Positions 39,739 to 52,853 of a stretch of 64,000 nucleotides of DNA are shown piece by piece (positions within the stretch are counted from its first letter, which is position 1; every line of letters starts with the position of its first letter). Under the pieces are notes generated by a model that was given only the letters and a program-made list of their open reading frames with translations, was not told the DNA's origin and ran no database searches. Both the position numbers and the translations under genes were made by a program. Origin of the DNA: Setoptus koraiensis (lineage: Eukaryota > Animalia > Arthropoda); the NCBI GenBank assembly GCA_048013815.1, contig CM106585.1, forward strand, positions 21,328,001-21,392,000. The letters are read 5' to 3'.

Positions 39739-42410
39739 CGCTGGAGCGCGGCGACAAGAGCAACAAGTGCAGCGCAAACAAACAACACGGCGGCGAGTGA
39801 ATAGCGACAGAGCAGCCAGCGAAAAGCGCGAAAATCGCGACAGAACAGCCAGCGAACAGTGCGACAGAGTAGCAAGTGAATAGCAGGTGAATAGCGATTG
39901 TGTAGCGGAAAAGTCAGCAGTTTGGCTGCGTCTTCCTGGGAGCCAGCAAATTGGCAGCCTGCAGCAGCCAGCCAGCGATCGGTGTGGCCATTGACAACAC
40001 AACAGAGTGTCGCGCTGTTATCTTTGCTGGCTGTCGGCAGTTGCGAGTTGCGTAATATTGCGCAACTCACTGTATGTTTTCATATTATTGTGCTCGGCTG
40101 TATTGTGTGTGTGTGTGTGTGTATACATAGACACACAATCTCGACAACACACACGCACACACAATAATAATAATAACAACAACGGCAATAACAGCCAGCA
40201 ACAACAGGCAACTCGGTGACAACTATGACGGCCTTTACGACAACGAGCCAGTTTCAAGTTCAAGGTCGCGCTCATCACACCCACACAAACAATTTGATGG
40301 CTCACACAAACAGAATCCATTGTTGTTGTTGTTGTTGTTGTTGCTGCTGCTGGCTGCTCAAAAGGAAACCTGTCGTGCTGCTGCCTACAGGTGCTTTCAC
40401 TCTCTCGCTCCGGCGGCGCCGACAACAGCAACAACAACAGCGCAACAGCAACAACAACCGCGCAACAACAGCGACAGCCACAACAGCGCAACAACAGCGA
40501 CAGCCACAACAGCGCAACAACCGCGCAACAGCAGCGACAGCGCAACAGCAGCGACAACATCGTCGGTCTAACTGCTCGCCGGGCCTGGCAGCGTGCGCAA
40601 CAGGCAAAAGGAAACGGTTGAAAAATTCCATCAATTGAAACTCTTGCCAGACTCAACAAATGTGATCGCTCTCACCCGACGCCGCTCTTACATCATCGTG
40701 TCGGCGCTGTTGTCGCTGTCGCTGTTGTCGCTGTCGGTGTCGCTGTTGTCGTTGTTGTTGTTGCTGCTGCCGTTGTTGCTGTTGTGGCAGCCGGCTTGCC
40801 GATTTGGCCGCTGTGGCGCTGCGAAGTCGCCTGTTGGCTGCGGGCTGAGAGTTGTCGAGCTTTTGCAATTGTAATCAACAACAGAGCGCCAATCACTCTC
40901 GCTCGTTTTTTATTTTCTCTTTTTTCGAAATATCCAGAACAACTATTTAGAGAAACTATTCGGCGCTAATCGAGACTAAATTGAGACAAACCCGGCTCAG
41001 ACTCAATTGAAGAGCCGCCTCAGATTGTCTGCCTGTCGAGCCGCAGCAACAACCACACCGACAACAACAACACCCTCGAAGCAACTGTCGACCAGCCAGC
41101 TTGCTGTATCTGTGTGTGTGTGTGTGTGTGTATTATAATAAGATGACTCCTAAAATTATTATGCAACCATTATGCTCTCTAGCTGTAGTGCTCGATTGCG
41201 CCCACAATCGGTCGTGTCGTAACTAATCGCGTGATTCGCCATCTATCGCTTGCTGTTAGTCAACCGGCTGAGAACTGTTGCAACTCTCTCCCCTGCGCTA
41301 AAATGTTTTTTCCATTTAGATTCTGGCTAAATTCTAGCAAATTTCTGGCGAAATTATCCTCTCAAACTCAATTGTTTTGTTGCCTTTCCGACCGCTCTCT
41401 GTCTGTCTTGCTGTTGCCTTCGCGACATCGGGTGCAATACCAAGCCAACGGTGGCCTCGAACTCTTGTGTCTCGATTGCTTTTTCTAGGCTCTTCCACCA
41501 GAATAACGCCAGCTCAAATCAGCATCGTTTTCACTTTTTCCATCGTTTCTCGGACCCGTTTTCCAGCTTCAGCCAACCAGCTTGAATTGTCCTTTTTTTC
41601 TTTCGGCAGCTCTCTGGTTTCTCGGTTGCCTGTCGGGCGTCAGCAAACAATACCAAATACAAATGTCACACTTTTCTCATTTGTCCATTTTGAAATTGAA
41701 TCATTTATTCACAGATGCAGAAGGCGCTTATTGATGCATCTTCACCTTGTTGAGGCAAACAACATCCAACAACTTTGCTTTATCCGCCATCGAAGAGATA
41801 TTTTCGCCACGAATGAAAATCAAAATTTAGTCAGAGCAGTGGCTCCATCTATGATTGCGGAATGGTACTTTGAGGTAAAAAAGTGCGCGTTTTTTTCTCT
41901 TCGAGTCGAAATTTTTTCTTCGAATAGAAATTTTCGACTCGAAAACTCGCACGCATCGCATTTGATCAAGAGTGAACTTTTTTTTTCTTCTAGCGATTTA
42001 ATAAACCTGTAGTATTCGAGTGCAATGTTCGAATTGATTTTAAGAAAAATACTTTTATTCATTTGTAACACTTTGATCGGTATTGGTTGATGATTGATAA
42101 TTAACGTGGAACATAGAAAACACTGAAATTTGTGTGAAATTTGTTCCATTTGTTAACATTGAACAATTCGAATATTTTTCATCTAACAGTTTGTTTCCTA
42201 AAAAATCTCCTCTTTCATTGATATTGTGGTTGTTGTTGCTGATTGTTGCCACTTGAAAGCCGCTTGCTTACACGGTATCATGTGTTGTGTCCTAGTATCT
42301 ATGAATACCTATAAGCATACATGAGCATGTATAAATCATGTGTCGATGATATTCATCAGTTTTAACTAATTGATTAGTTTCTAAATTACAATGCGACAAT
42401 TTATGACAAT

Positions 42411-45400
42411 TTATTTCACTCGTCCGCTGGGTGTTCTCAATCGTGACATCTGGCCAGTGGTAAGATCTTGCACTTTGTTTCGGCTCTTTTTTATGCTTCT
42501 CTGGGTCTTCCATTTGATAATTCTCGCATTCACAATATCGTATAAATATTCGTTCCAATTCTCTGGCAAAAGACACACTAAAAAACCCATTATTAGTAGC
42601 AGAATGCCGGCCAATTTCATGCCAAAGAAATGGATCTTGTAGAAGGTGACATCAATCACTAAATGTTGCGCGATGGATGCACCACAAATTGATCATCATC
42701 ACCATTAATTTCAATGAAAAGAGATTGGAAAAACAATAAAACAATTATTAGCTGATGCAGCGATACAAGACACCCAATGTTGGCCCATTAATTACAATTG
42801 GCACAAAATATATGTCACAGAAAGTTTACCTGCTGAAAGGACGACAGCCAACAGAAGTCCCAGTGTCAAAAAGATATCGTAGGTGCAGATGGGACCGAAG
42901 TAAGCAACAATGTCCGCGAGTAAATGGAGGCCGCCTGCCGCCACAAGATGCATCCATGGAATGTAACGCCCTGTAGGTGTATGTGACAAATAATGGATAA
43001 ATTGAAATAAATTAATCGTATGTAATTGATGGTTGCATTTATTTGGGCCACACGTTGCGGACACTCACATATTATGGTCTCGGCGCCCGTGAAATAGAGC
43101 AAAAGTGCCATGGGCCACATGAGGATGGCGTTAAGAAAGCCAACAATGGTGAAAAATAGAGACATTTGAGCGATTGACCAGAAGCCAAACATTCTTTGAT
43201 AAAAAACCTGGCAGTGATTTTTTTGTTTGTTTGTTTTTGAGATAAATAATTTAGTTAGTCACAATTTAGTTATGTTGCGTTTTGTTGATAGTTATGGTAG
43301 TAGTTGCAATAATTGATTCACTAATTACCCTATAGATGGCGGAACAAAGTGCCGAGCCTGTGACCAATAATACTGATCCCAGAGTACGATGGGAGTTGTC
43401 CATGTAGGCCAAAAGCGCTATGCCAGTGGTGCATATTATCACAGCCACAATCTGATTGTGGCACAAATTACATAAACAAGAATGGTAATTGCAATTAATT
43501 GATTAATTAATTAGGTTAATTAATTAATTGTTAGCGCAAACAAAGATTTGTTGGTGTGTTGATTGAGATTGATGGACTCACTCTGACGCCAACAAACTGT
43601 TGGTGAAGCACAACCCATGAGAACAGGTAGATAAAAGTAGCCGAGGTCGCGAACAGCGCCATCACCACGGTGGCGTCCGTAGTGGCCAGTGCCGACACCA
43701 GGCCATACACTGTGAGAATCCACAATATAGAAAAGAAGGTGCACCTGTACAGGAATTGCAATGTGGTCAATCCGTTGTCCATGAATTGCGATATGCTTTC
43801 GCTGTTGTTGTTGTTGTTGCGGTTGCGGTTGTTATTATTGCGGTTGTTGTTGGCGCGGTTGTTGTTGTTGTTGCGTCATCACATTGTTTGTTGCCGTTAT
43901 CATCGTGTGTCATGTGACAGATGCCATGTGTCATGTGCGTCAAGTCACGAGCGTCAGGTCACATCGGGTCATTGTTGCACGCGTTTTTGTACGCGTCGAT
44001 CGACGACAAGGTCACCGTGGCGCCGTTTACAATGCCCACGATCGACATTCGCAGAGCAAGGGCATCAAGCGACCATAGAGACAGAGATAGAGACAAAAAA
44101 GCTTCGGTTAGCGGCCACATCGATCATACAGGCAAAAATTGGCGCAGCTTGGCGAAATTAATCAGCCCAAGTTTGGTTATATTCGGCCCCATTATCACGG
44201 AGCTGATCACGTAGCATGCATATGCAAATATACTTACACTAGCAACTTTTTGGTGGTGCCGTCTTCGTGCCTGAAACAGCAGGTCGATATAATGGCAAAA
44301 ATAGGCATAAACAGTATGTTCCAAATAGATAGGAACCAGGTAGTAAAAAATGGTGCATCATAAAATATATTCTGGCTAGACGCCTCAGATTGTTTCCGTT
44401 GTCCGCTAGATGGCATCATCATTGTGGGCTGTGAGGGGCCCAAGCCGCCAATTTGTGGCGCCTGTGGCCCGTGATCCATGATTAATGGGTCCGTGTCGGT
44501 GCTGCCATCTATGGCGGCCAAATTATCGCCCGCTGGCAGGTCGTTTGTGTTGGCCCTCTTGCTAACCCTTGCATTTTGCGATGTCGTCGATACTTGTGTT
44601 GGCGATTGTTCTGCGAAGGCACTTTGTTTACGACCTGGCCGCGAGGGGGCCCACGATGACGGTGACGACGGTGATGACGGTGACGACGGTGATGACGGTG
44701 ATGACCGTGATGGTGACGGTAGGGATGATTGCGTGGAGTGATTGTGATTTTTGATTGAATCAGCGTCAGAATTTCTTGTCAATTTGTTGGCAATTTGCTT
44801 ATTGTGGGCAAAAATTGATGAGGCAACGCCATTTGTTTGGCCGTGATTGTTAATTGGCGTTGTCGTTGTCGTTTTCTTCATTTTCTCACTACTGGAACTA
44901 GCTAATCGATCACTACTGCTGCCGTTGTTGGCCCCATTCACCCGGTCGCCGGCAACCAATCTTTTGCGCCTGCCAAAACTGGTGCCCGTCAATATAGCTC
45001 TGTTGAAATTTTGTTGTTGCTGCTGCTGCTGATTTTGTTGGCCACTAGATAATCTGGACGATAGACGATCTTCGTCGTCATCATCGGCAGGCACAATAAT
45101 AGTTGGATTTTTGTTTCTCATATTACTAGCATTGTTGTTTTGGTTGCTGCTGCTGCTGATATGTGGCGCTAGAGGGGCACCGGCACTTCCGGCACCCGTA
45201 AGCGTATCGTCGTAATCGCTCAACGGTGGCGGTGGTCGCGCTTGTTGCAATGTTGCATCATCAATAATTGGTTGAACAAATTGGTTTTCATTGGTGGCGC
45301 CAGCGAGCAGTAAATCACTATCTCGATCACTATTACTATTTGTTAGTGGAGGTGGCGCTGGCGGCACCGGGGGCAACATTGTCGTAGTGGGTATGGGACC

Positions 45401-45709
45401 CACCAACGGATGACTGTGATGGGCCCTGGTGCGATCCAGATAATTCTGATATAATTGTGACGATTGTTGATTGTTGTACAATGGAAAATAATCTAATGAT
45501 TCGCCTCTGATTGAGATCCATTTCAGTGTGTGTATTATCATGACCCAACAGATGCCTATGATGGCGCCGAGAGTGGCACCAATTAGAACTTTCTTCACTA
45601 ATTGCATACACCTGACACCGTTGTCGTCGTTGTCTAAATCACACGGATCCTGACCTAATGAACCTACATGATCACCTAGGCGCCCCATTTTGCACAACCG
45701 GCCGGACAT
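42411..45709 (-). CDS. SLC35F3: SLC35F3/F4-family (EamA/DMT fold, putative thiamine transporter) membrane protein; exons 45709-44238, 43801-43582, 43451-43329, 43207-43069, 42970-42830, 42658-42411; ~780 aa; 5' end uncertain
   Basis: All five GT-AG junctions were checked by hand and conserve frame. Family-like segments KKVLIGATLGAIIGICWV, YDAPFFTTWFLSIWNILFMPIF, FSILWILTVYGLVSAL, ALFATSATFIYLFSWVVLHQQFVGVRIVAVIICTTGIALLAYMD, FFTIVGFLNAILMWP..LLLYFTGAE, IPWMHL, TYDIFLTLGLLLAVVLSA, GMKLAGILLLIMGFLVCLLPENW. Confidence 0.88.
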
Positions 45710-48254
45710 TTTTGTGTGCAGCAACCATTTCGTTTCGTCGGTAGCGCAATATTTTTTTCAGCAATATTTTTCGCAATATTGTAGAGTGTTGTGTGTGGCA
45801 ACCAGCCATTGGTGTGTTCCAATAATGTTATTATTATGTAATGTATATATAGCGTGACGTAGAATGGAAGGAGAGAAAACGGGGACAAAGTATCGGTCAG
45901 CTAATTGAACAATTGATTGTGTCGCCAAAAATAGACCCCTAGGGGCCATATTTAGTAGGTGAAGTGGGCGAATGTATCGAAATAAAATAATAAAAAATGT
46001 TTGCTATTGGCCTTGTTCTCATTGGCACGAGTTGAATGGAACTGGACACGAATTCGGGACAAGGTAATTCAGTTGGTCAGCTTTCAACAAGCAACCAGAA
46101 TCGATGCCAATAATACAATTCGTTCGTACTTCATAGTGAGTGTTTCTCAGCACTTTACACTGCAAATTGTCTGAAAATTGCGCAACCGAAAAGAGAAAAC
46201 AAAACTTGACCAAGTACCTGGCACGAAATCAGACAATCTACGCCGATCAACTTTCAAACGGAAGCAACAAATCCATTGTCAACATATAGATGATTCGAAT
46301 GAAATTCGAAGGCCATCCCAGTTCCGTGTGTGTATCGTTCGAATCTAATTATCTGGGCCAAACAATAATTGTCTCTTTGTTGTTTTTCGTGTAACGCTGA
46401 TCGAAATTTTGAGCACTAGCGAATGACTTTTTTTTAGTGGTTCATCGCTCGTAGATCTAGTTGAACCTGAAAAGGAGGTCTCTGTGGTGGCATGGTTAGC
46501 ATTTTTTGCCTTTTTTGGTGAAGCTCTTCGCGTTTCATATCATTCAGTTCGGGCATCTTAAGCGGAAAATCATGCGTTTCGCCGACCCGATGAAAAAACT
46601 AGAGACACACACTCTAGCTGCGATGTTGATCACTGATTGAACTCACTGGTTATTGCCTGGAGCACATCGAAGCATCGAGGTAGCAACGAAACTGTCGAAA
46701 CATCTAAGCTACTTAAAAACGGATTCATTTCACAACGAATGTTCGGAAAAACGAAACACTTGACAACGCGAAACACTCAGTCAACTGATTATTAACATAG
46801 TCAACTCGAATTAGCAATGCACGAGATTCTTTTCGTTTTTTTGATCGTTCGCTGTTAAAACTAGCCGTTGGAACGATATCCGCCGTTATGAGCAGTCGTT
46901 GTTTCGTGTTCTCCGTTTCGAACATTCGTTGTTTTGATTTTTCGTTATTTCGATGGGACCGCTATTTCGAAAGTTCGAAATTTCAAAAGTCCGAAATTTC
47001 GAGAGTCCGAAATTTCGTTGAATTATTATCAAGGACGCTGTCTTGTTGGTTCGTCAGCCAGTTAGATGTCGCTTGTCAGTTGGCTTTTTTGTTTGTTGGT
47101 ATTTACATCAAGAGACTTTTTGCTTTTTGTGAATTTATGTCACACTCGAAATTTCGGGCTAGTCCCTTGGTGGCACTGAAATCGGCTGACAAATGGAGAA
47201 TTTCTTCGGGATTGTTTGTGTGGTTACAGATGGCGTTAGTGGTTGCATGGGTGGGGGCCCGATCGCTGTCACTTGGGATGCAGACGGCCAGCTGGCCCCG
47301 CCGGTAACAAGCCGTCAGGTGATCTGGCGCAAATACTGGCAGACTGGCCTATTATGTGTCTGTACCTGTATAATCTGTTTGTCTGTCTGTCTCAGCAAGA
47401 GCCCCATTGGCCATTGGAAGGCACATTTGACAACTAGATAACAATTGTAGTGTTGGCGGCTTTCAAGTGAACAGTGGTATGAAATTGATTGTGTGTCCAG
47501 TTGATGCGGAAGCTGCTCACTGAGAATCGGGGGCACACGACGCCGGCGACGATTATTAAACTTTGGTGGCATGCGAAGAAGCTGCTGCTGCAACTGAAGA
47601 GGCGCACAAGACGACGAGATAACCCGAGGTGATCCGAGCTCGGCGGTCATTTGGTGCCTTTCGCCAGTTCAGTTTCCACTGAAGCGGCCAAAAAGGCAGA
47701 CAGCTAGCCGTTTGCTCTTAGCTCAGCGCCCAAGTTAGCTGCGAACAGCTAAAGGGCTAATGGGTCCTCCCGTTATCCAATGCCGCAAGCCAACAGCAAG
47801 AAGCAGCCGAGAATTCCCCGAAAAAATCCTTTTCTCTTTGCCATTTGTGTTGCAGTGTGTGTGCCAATGTGTCCGTTTCCCTTTCCATTTTCTCGAGGAA
47901 ATACACTGTCGTCATTATTTGGATTAGCGCACACAATGTTGCGCAATAAGACACATTGGCCGGTGCACACTCACTTTAACCCTTTTAGGCATACCTCGCA
48001 CCGAAAACAAAATGGCTTCGTGTCTGACAATGCGCACCTTATCTCTGGCCTCACCGGCCCGCTCGTCCGCTGTCACTTTAATGTGATTATACCCAAGATT
48101 ATAGGCTGTTATTGCGGCAGTTGTTGCTCGCAGCGAGCGGCCTAGATTCATTCAATCCGTATATGGATCGACATACTTATCGTTTCTAAAATGAGCGACT
48201 TTGTATTGATGCGAGTCGAAATTCACTGCGCCGCCACCTGATCCAGCCAGCTCC

Positions 48255-48370
48255 TCGCCGATCTTGCCGACCTCGCCGATCTTGCCGACCTCGCCGATCT
48301 TGCCGACCTCGCCGATCTTGCCGACCTCACCGATGGCGCCGACCTCACCGATGGCGCCGATCTCGCCGAT
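48255..48370. repeat. 9/18-nt periodic minisatellite (CCGATCTTG/CCGACCTCG)
   Basis: Visible tandem units; reads IGEVGK repeats in one minus-strand frame. Confidence 0.9.
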
Positions 48371-50726
48371 GAACTCGCGCTGCCGGCCAGTGGCTGCCGC
48401 CCGAGTGACCATTAATATACGGTGCTGCATCACTTTTCAGCGGGCGATAATTCAATTTCGACTCGGCGAGTTTTTCAACTGCCCATTATGAGCCGCACAG
48501 AGCGAGAAAGAGAAAGAGAGAAAAGAAAAAACAACGACGGCTCGAGCCCAGATTCTGCCTGAAAATTGCCATCTCGATGAGCGTGGGCAAATCATTCGTT
48601 CATGTTGGGGCAAAATGTTTGCGCAAAACGCGCCAGTTGAAAACGTGACCGAAAAATGTATCCGAAAATTTTGCTCGCCGGCAATTACGTCGGCCGGGCG
48701 AGGGGGCCAAGATTAGCAAACATAGTTGTGGCTCAAGTGGAGCGCGTCGATTGCAAACAACAATGTTGCCGGCCCCAAAAACAAACACTCCAACGACGAG
48801 TGGCCGATGATAACATGTGTAGACATGGGCGCATGTATGGGTGGCACGATTGGCTCGTTTGTGAGTTATTTTTTCTTTTTCTGGCCTCGCTTTTTATTTT
48901 CTTTTTCTTTTTCTTTGCCACTGGACGAGGCCAGCGAGGCTTCGTTCGGCGTGGCCTCTTTTTGCCCATTTGGCCCCTTTTGGCTGTTTCTCGCGCTCTG
49001 TATCTCTGTGTGTGTGCCCTGTATCACATTGGCGAGCTACTGTTGTTATCTAAGCAAGCGGAGTGTGTGTGTGTGTGTGTGCCCATTCCGAAATTCGCGG
49101 CAATTGTTGTCGCTCGCATCACAATAATGGCCACTGGGCGCCATTGCGATTCGGGGGGAAGCGGGTGGGGGGGGGGCCGAATTGTTGGGCCCGCTCGTTC
49201 GATGTTGGGCGCCAGGTCAGAATGTCGCTTATTAATTGTTGTCGGCGCTGTTGTTGCTGTCGGTTGTTGGCGCTGCCGTTGCTGTCGGTTGTTGTTGTGG
49301 CGTGACCGCAACGAACAAAAACGGCACCACCACAACAACGGCCAACAACAACAATAATAACAGGGGGCAATAACAATAACGAACACACACACTCAGTAGA
49401 TAGATTAGTTAATATTTGTTTAGACAATTTAGCCGGCCCAGGTCTGAGCAGGGGCGCGCGCCTTGTGTGGGCACAGCCGCCGCAGCGCGAGACCATCAGC
49501 GACCAATTATTGGTCACGGTTAGACCGGCGCCAGACCGACTGGCCGGCCCGCTAACCCGCTCGCCAGACTCGCACGGGCGCCCGCCAGACTCACACAGAG
49601 GGCGCCTAAACAAGCCCAGACGGAACTAGCTTGCCAGAGAACGCGGCTAGTTTGTCCTGTGTGTGTGTGTGTGTGTGTGCGCGCCAGTTTGACACATCGT
49701 GCAAAACGCTCGCTGCTCGGGCCACTCGTTAGCCGGGCCCCTTGTTAGCTCAGGGCATTATCTAGGCATTACAATTGTTGTTCATCACTGGGCCGCGCCA
49801 CATTTCTAGCGCAATTCCGGCCCGATTGGCGGGCCGGCTCGCTGCTCGTGTGTCGATTGCACGAGCTCGCGGGCTGGCCACTCGCGGGGCCCCCAGTTTC
49901 AAATCTAAAACACGACCGCCGATGGTTATCGGCAAGCGTCGCCCTAGGCAGGTGTGTAAACACTTAACGTTTACAAATATACTAAGCTCACATAACTAGA
50001 TTAGTAGTTGGCGGGCGGGAGCCGCCGAGCTGCTCGATTAGCGCGATTGGCGCGCTGCCCACCGGCGCCCACAGCCGACACTGTTGCCGCTTGTCTGGCG
50101 GCGCCGCCATTTTGCCGCCAGAGCACGGCCCGGGCACGGCCCGAACATGGCCCGAACGTGGGCCGAACATGGCCCGAACGTGGGCCGAATATCGCCAGAA
50201 TATCGCTAGAATATCGCCAGAATATCGCCCGACAGTCGGCGATATTCGAACGATTCGCCGCTGTTCGCGTCGCGCTGTTCGACCGTTGTCCGCGAGACCG
50301 GCCCACTCCCAACGGGCTCGAGTTCACTGTGGCCGGTGCCCAGAAAACGGGGCCCCGTGAAGAGGCCCCGTTTCAAAGTTAATTTCATCTTTACAACTAC
50401 ATGGGCACAACTTGGACATGCATTCGGCGATATATATATGGAATACGTTGCGTCACACAGACAACGGGGCGCTGGACAGAGAGTGTATTAACGTGTTTGA
50501 TGGGCGCCATTCTGTGGCCAGCGCTCAATGCGCTCTATCCGACCGACCGACCGACCGACCGACCGACCGACTGTCTGTCTGTCTGTCTGTGTTTGGTTAA
50601 TTTTACCATTTTTGTGACTGTTGTGAGTGGCAGCGCAAAATGTAAACACGCCGAATGGGGCCCCAGTCGAATGGGGCTCCCATCGGCCGTCAGGCACACT
50701 GACAGGTGTCATTGGGACATGTGTGC

Positions 50727-50759
<33 letters not shown>

Positions 50760-51627
50760 CACGGCTAATAGAAATCAAGCATGACAGCGCGCAAAGTGAC
50801 AGCGCCAAGCTTGCGCCCGAATGTGAGTTGCAAAGTGACAGTTATGGTTAAGTTTTGTTGCAAATTTCGCCCGTTGAATGGCGAGCGAAAAGTGGCCCAC
50901 ATTGAATGGGGCCGGCCGCCACTAATCTCGCCATCGAGTCTATCTCGTCTGGCATCGATTGCAAGCCACAAGCGGGCAAGATGGCCCGCCGGAGATTAGC
51001 GCCGTTTTGCACTCGGGCTGGCGCCACTGTCGCGGGCCCGCGCTCGACGCGACACGATTGCGCGACGACGCCAGGCGCAACATCACGTCCGACATTGCGT
51101 AACACAACAGGCTCACAACCTACGCAACAAACGGTATCTTGGGTCGCATCTGAGCCGCCATATCTGGCCTATCTGGCGCCGGCCACTTGAGCCCGCTCTC
51201 TGGCGAGCCGCTCGGCTGGCCAGTCGTCGGGCCGGCCAATCGTCCGGCTCTGTGGCGAGCCGGCCCGGCACGAATCGTGCCTGGTCCCGAACGGCGGATC
51301 GGGCCAGGGCAAACAAAACGAGACGCACCGGCAAAACTCGGCATGGCGAGTCCCGTGAGGGCCCTCCAAGGATCGCTCGCGCTGCCATTATTGCTCGTTA
51401 CTGCCAGCAACACACAATAATCGCGAATGGGCGCTCCCCGGAGTCAGTGCGTTTGACTTGGGGCCCCAACTGCGACCCGTCGGGCCGGGGTCGGCGAGCC
51501 GCAATTTGAGGCCCGAGGCCGGCGAGCCGCAATATGAGGCTCGCTGTTTGTCGCTGTCTGTGTCTATTATTTGTGCTCTCTCGGAAATTTTGTTTGTGTG
51601 TCAGATTGAGCTTTTCGTGAGCCTTAC

Positions 51628-51765
51628 ATGATGCCTGGCCCTTTGGCCCCTGCTGCTGGTTGGACAGTTCACCTGGCGTTGATTGAGCACCGGCAGCGGC
51701 GCCGCCCGGTGAACTGGCCGCCATGAATTGCCGCCTGCACGATTGCTGGCGCTGCTGTTGTTGTC

Positions 51766-51796
<31 letters not shown>

Positions 51797-51800
51797 CTGC

Positions 51801-51832
<32 letters not shown>

Positions 51833-52853
51833 TTGAAAAACAATGTTGACGGGACGGATGTTTGTGTAGCGCGGCACGGGTATTCTCTGATGGGCACTTG
51901 CGATGGGATTTTTATGATTTGAATGAATTGCAGCTGCTGCTGATGTTGTCGTTGTCGTTTGTTGCACGGCCTTGGGTATATTAGACATTGACGAGTGCTC
52001 GCTGCTGGCCTGGCTATTCTGGCCGCTACTCACGCCCGAGCCGAGCTGTTGTTGTTGCTGCTGTTGCTGCTGTTGTTGTTGTTGTTGTTGTTGCTGCTGT
52101 TGTTGTTGCCGTTGTTGTTGCTGGTAGTTGTCGTCTGAATTTCGCTCAGTCGCCGCAGCGGGTGCTGGTGGCACTGCACACAGAGCGGCGGCCTGTAGTT
52201 CACTGGATCGGGTCTCGCTCTGATGCGTCGCACCCGCGGCCCGATGAAGCGCTCCCTGATCGCTGCTGCGTTGCGTCATCGTCGCAGGTAGGCCCCCCCT
52301 TGTTACGCAATTGGCCAAATTGAGCCTGTTCATTTGGTCAGCTGATAACGGTTGTTGTTGTTGTTGTTGTTGCGTGAGTGAGGCTTGCTGTTTATCGGTG
52401 GCGGTGCGCGCAACCACCTCGCTCAGCTGCCGCTGAACGGTCTGAGCCTTGGCCAGCCTCTCTGACCAGCTTGCCGCCGTGCTGGCCCTCTGCTGGCCGA
52501 TTGGCTGGTGCGTAATGTCGTTGCTTAAAGTGGACAGTTTGTTGGCTGTTGGCGCGCTGATGCGCTTCTCAAAGTCGCCACAATTGGTGTCGTCGTCATT
52601 GTGATAGGTGGTGGCCACCGGCGGCGCCCGAGCAGTTGATAAGTTGCTGGCATTGGGCATATTGGACACATTTGATAAATTGTTGTTGCTACTCGATACA
52701 TGCGCCAATGATCTATTGGCGTAAGTTCCGCCATTATTGGTGGCGCCGTCGTCGCCGTCATGCTGGCCGCTCGTTTGGGGCCCCACCGACGGGCCGCCGG
52801 CGCTTATCTTGAGCTGGTCGGCACGGGTAACCTTCAATTGGCCCAGTTGCCAC
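51628..52853 (-). CDS. Probable coding exon of a polyQ/Ser/Asn/Thr-rich protein region; parent gene unresolved (possibly a long N-terminal extension of the SLC35F gene)
   Basis: Lies within the 492-codon open frame 51398-52876. It is bounded by an acceptor-like GGTCTCTAG|G at 52854 and a donor-like CAT|GTAAGG at 51627. Non-repeat segments (EKRISAPTANKL, RIPVPRYTNIRPVNIVF) read like real protein. Confidence 0.55.

Noticed and set aside
46171-46217. 47-nt GT-AG segment in the putative proximal 5'UTR of SLC35F
   Set aside because: It has good splice motifs but is far shorter than all other introns here (>=98 nt), so it is not called without transcript evidence.
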